Shown here piece after piece: positions 61,624-64,000 of a DNA stretch of 64,000 nt (position 1 is the first letter of the stretch; each line of letters begins with the position of its first letter). Position numbers and translations under genes: made by a program. The DNA lies in the NCBI GenBank assembly GCA_014685065.1, contig GCA_014685065.1_3930.1, one strand, 5' to 3'. The notes under the pieces are model-generated. The model had not been told where the DNA came from. It made no database searches and saw only the letters and a program-made list of their open reading frames with translations. Source of the stretch: a phage.

Positions 61624-61944
61624 TTACTGAGCTACTTTCAAGATGCTTGTGAATGAAATCTCACTCTCATCCATAAACTCTTTTGCTTCTCCAGTCACTT
61701 TTACAAAGTTATCTAGGCAGATAATCTTCTTATCTTTCTTGCTGTAAGTTAGCTTAACCTTTTCAATATCTTTCTTAGAGCTTTTCTCTTCATTAAAGAG
61801 CTTTACAGCTTCTTTGAATGGAAGGTATGAGCCATCATCATCACTAATAAAACCTGTGCCGCAATAGTAGAAGTTGTATTCTTTAGCCATAAACTGGCAC
61901 AGTACGAAAATCTGTAATTTGCGAGTGTTATAAACTTTGCTCAT
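61624..61944 (-). CDS. hypothetical protein
   Basis: 106 aa ORF. Confidence 0.45.
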   Translation of the reverse strand: MSKVYNTRKLQIFVLCQFMAKEYNFYYCGTGFISDDDGSYLPFKEAVKLFNEEKSSKKDIEKVKLTYSKKDKKIICLDNFVKVTGEAKEFMDESEISFTSILKVAQ

Positions 61945-61946
61945 GA

Positions 61947-62228
61947 TTATTTAGCCTTCTTATTACGTTTACGGTTACGAGCTTTTTTAGCTGCACGTTT
62001 AATTGCTGCTGCACCAGTTGGTCGATGTGCTTGTTTTTTACCACCTTTGCCACGGCCTACGTAGATGTAAGGTTGCTGTTCAATTTGGCTTGTAAGAACT
62101 TGTGCAACTGCTGAAGCATCTACACCAACCTGCTTTCCAGTCATAGAAATAATTGCTGCTGCTTTTGCCAGTGCCTTCAAGAAGCCAGCTTTCATATTAC
62201 CTAAAATTCCCATTTTAGTCTCTCTCAT
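61947..62228 (-). CDS. hypothetical protein with highly basic C-terminal tail
   Basis: 93 aa; C-terminus KRAAKKARNRKRNKKAK. Confidence 0.45.
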   Translation of the reverse strand: MRETKMGILGNMKAGFLKALAKAAAIISMTGKQVGVDASAVAQVLTSQIEQQPYIYVGRGKGGKKQAHRPTGAAAIKRAAKKARNRKRNKKAK

Positions 62229-62548
62229 TAAAGTTTAATACAGAACTTATGAAGTTCTTCTTCAGTAACTGCGACAACTTTATCATCAACACGTAAGTTT
62301 GTCGCGTAAAAATTTGAGAAATGTGCTTTGTGTTTTACTTTAAATACTCCAGCAGCCTCAATACATTTCAATGCTTCCATACCAGTGGAGTCAAACAGAC
62401 TTTTAGTATAGACTTTCCACTCTTCAATGGTTTCTGGATTTACTTTGTAACTACCAAATAGTGACATGTTACAGTACGACATAACAAACTCACAGCGTTT
62501 GAATCCACCGCTACTCTGCTCTCCATTGACAGTCACCTTGCCAGCCAT
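62228..62548 (-). CDS. hypothetical protein (start set at MAGKV...)
   Basis: Track ORF 62228-62629 overlaps nrdG; shorter start reduces overlap to ~38 nt. Confidence 0.35.
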   Translation of the reverse strand: MAGKVTVNGEQSSGGFKRCEFVMSYCNMSLFGSYKVNPETIEEWKVYTKSLFDSTGMEALKCIEAAGVFKVKHKAHFSNFYATNLRVDDKVVAVTEEELHKFCIKL

Positions 62549-62996
62549 ATTCTTTTCTCCACAAGTTTTGGTTGTCTGAACCACGATATGGTTTATTCGT
62601 TGGTTTAGAAGCATCATACTTACCATCAATCACCACGTCAACATATTTCATAACATCTAAGTGGATTTTTTCGTGCAGTTGAAAACCTGTCCAAAGCCAT
62701 ATAGACTTTTCTGGATAAACAGTTTTAATACGCTTGCATATGTTGGTAACCTCTTGAATATTTCTATCATCCAGAGGCTCTCCACCGAGTATTGACAACC
62801 CACTGATGGCCTCATCATCCATTAACTTAATAATACCGTAGAGGTTTGCATAAGTAAACTCTTTACCAGCATTAAACTTCCAAGACTCCCTATTAAAGCA
62901 GCCTTCACAGTGATGCTTACAACCAGCTACGAAGAGGCTTACACGAACCCCTTCACCATTAGCTGTGTCAAATGGTCGAATCTCCATGTAATTCAT
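62511..62996 (-). CDS. nrdG: anaerobic ribonucleotide reductase activating protein (radical SAM)
   Basis: 161 aa; CxxxCxxC-type cluster region (GCKHHCEGC) and glycine-rich SAM motif (ILGGEP). Confidence 0.7.
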   Translation of the reverse strand: MNYMEIRPFDTANGEGVRVSLFVAGCKHHCEGCFNRESWKFNAGKEFTYANLYGIIKLMDDEAISGLSILGGEPLDDRNIQEVTNICKRIKTVYPEKSIWLWTGFQLHEKIHLDVMKYVDVVIDGKYDASKPTNKPYRGSDNQNLWRKEYGWQGDCQWRAE

Positions 62997-63005
62997 CTAG
63001 TTACC

Positions 63006-63305
63006 TCACCAATACATATAAGTGTTCTTAGCAGCTTTCTTCGGAGACTTACTGTCAATGTCAAAGTCTTCATCTAAGAAGGATGTCTTAGAAAGCTGCC
63101 TTATTTGTGTTCTTGTAAGACGTTTAGTAGCCTTCTTAATCTCTCTACAAGGCTGACTTGTGAAGTCGTAAAAGCCACCTTTTCTGGACATCATATCAGA
63201 GTGGTAGTAGACCTCTGAAGCATTTTCTCTGTTACGTACCTCATTTCTCCACTCATAAAATCCATGAACGTTCTTTAAACCTTTTCTTCGAATTGTTTTA
63301 CTCAT
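63006..63305 (-). CDS. hypothetical protein
   Basis: 99 aa ORF. Confidence 0.45.
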   Translation of the reverse strand: MSKTIRRKGLKNVHGFYEWRNEVRNRENASEVYYHSDMMSRKGGFYDFTSQPCREIKKATKRLTRTQIRQLSKTSFLDEDFDIDSKSPKKAAKNTYMYW

Positions 63306-63697
63306 TCAAACACCACCTGACAAGGAACCTGTTTAGTAATAAATTCTTCACAGTGCTCTTTAATGAAGTTTTGTAATGGTACACAATCTTGTGCGCAAGT
63401 CATTAGCATAATGTACTCTGGATTCATGATGTTTTCAAGACTGTAGAAGACAATATCGTTAGATAGTTCATGACCGTCTTCTTCAGACCAAGTTCCAGTG
63501 ACTACAGCTAATTTGTCAAGCAATTCATTAGGCAATGCTACACCATCTTCTACAGAATCACTTAGAACGTTGTCGTCTATATACAATGTGAAGACCGTGT
63601 GGAATGTTGAATATCTTACGTGATTCTTTTCACAAGAGCCACACTCTGAGGCATAGTCTTTAATCCACTCTAACTGTTTTTGACTCAACTTAATCAT
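63302..63697 (-). CDS. hypothetical Cys-containing protein
   Basis: 131 aa ORF, ATGA coupling. Confidence 0.45.
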   Translation of the reverse strand: MIKLSQKQLEWIKDYASECGSCEKNHVRYSTFHTVFTLYIDDNVLSDSVEDGVALPNELLDKLAVVTGTWSEEDGHELSNDIVFYSLENIMNPEYIMLMTCAQDCVPLQNFIKEHCEEFITKQVPCQVVFE

Positions 63698-63894
63698 AAT
63701 TTCACCTTAGTTGGTAATGCACTGAATGCTATAGCTAACCCTAAAAATGGTTTGAAGCATGACCATAAATCCATCTGACCATGATATGATAAACTCCATT
63801 GTGGGTCTGAAAAACCCCATACCATAACACTAACCCCAAAGAAGAAGACTAGAATATGGAGTATGTATATCAACGCTTTTGATATCTTAAGCAT
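63694..63894 (-). CDS. small membrane protein
   Basis: 66 aa; two hydrophobic helices. Confidence 0.4.
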   Translation of the reverse strand: MLKISKALIYILHILVFFFGVSVMVWGFSDPQWSLSYHGQMDLWSCFKPFLGLAIAFSALPTKVKL

Positions 63895-64000
63895 TTTAAC
63901 TTACCTTTCAATTCACAATAAGAGAGTCCTAAAAAGAACCCTAGTAAGACAGAACCTATGAACAACCCAATAATACTCTCTGCCATATCTAACATCCAAT

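Overview
This window looks like a tightly packed genome segment of a virulent tailed phage (myovirus). Gene content and order (frd-thyA, nadV plus prs, rIIA/rIIB, nrdG, a large tRNA cluster) resemble Felix O1-like (Ounavirinae) phages; that assignment is from memory of the family, not from a search. All coordinates for tRNAs, terminators and motifs were counted by hand and may be off by 1-3 nt; CDS coordinates follow the supplied ORF track, with starts adjusted where an RBS supports it. Layout: (1) 1-1417, frd (5' partial) and thyA on the plus strand. (2) 1456-25215 minus strand, a complete morphogenesis module: two long tail fibres with HxH repeats, a P2-like baseplate set (V-W-J-I order), tape measure, a chaperone pair with a -1 frameshift site, tube, sheath, neck proteins, major capsid, protease/scaffold, portal and large terminase. 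(3) 25438-30929 minus strand, 27 tRNA genes whose anticodons appear to cover all 20 amino acids, interleaved with an HNH endonuclease, two ORFs and several families of conserved structured spacers. (4) 31095-32962 minus strand, a vWA-domain protein and a small protein. (5) 33212-40589 plus strand, small ORFs, a tandem paralogue pair (one carrying two Ig-like domains) and a GH24 endolysin. (6) 40590-42266, a 1.7 kb ORF-free region dense in short repeats between convergent units. (7) 42267-48927 minus strand, an early-type cluster of about 17 small ORFs, each preceded by one of two reiterated promoter/leader cassettes. (8) 49090-49440, a repeat-rich intergenic region. (9) 49448-63894 minus strand: macro-domain protein, putative overlapped spanin pair, lytic transglycosylase-like protein, HAD-like protein, rIIB-like, rIIA-like, nadV, prs, HNH endonuclease, nrdG and small ORFs. 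The most unusual signals are the reiterated promoter-hairpin cassettes, the iteron-like region, the tRNA-cluster spacer family (one copy with tRNA-like arms in permuted order) and a TARG1/DarG-like macro-domain protein. Functional calls are by motif recognition and synteny only.
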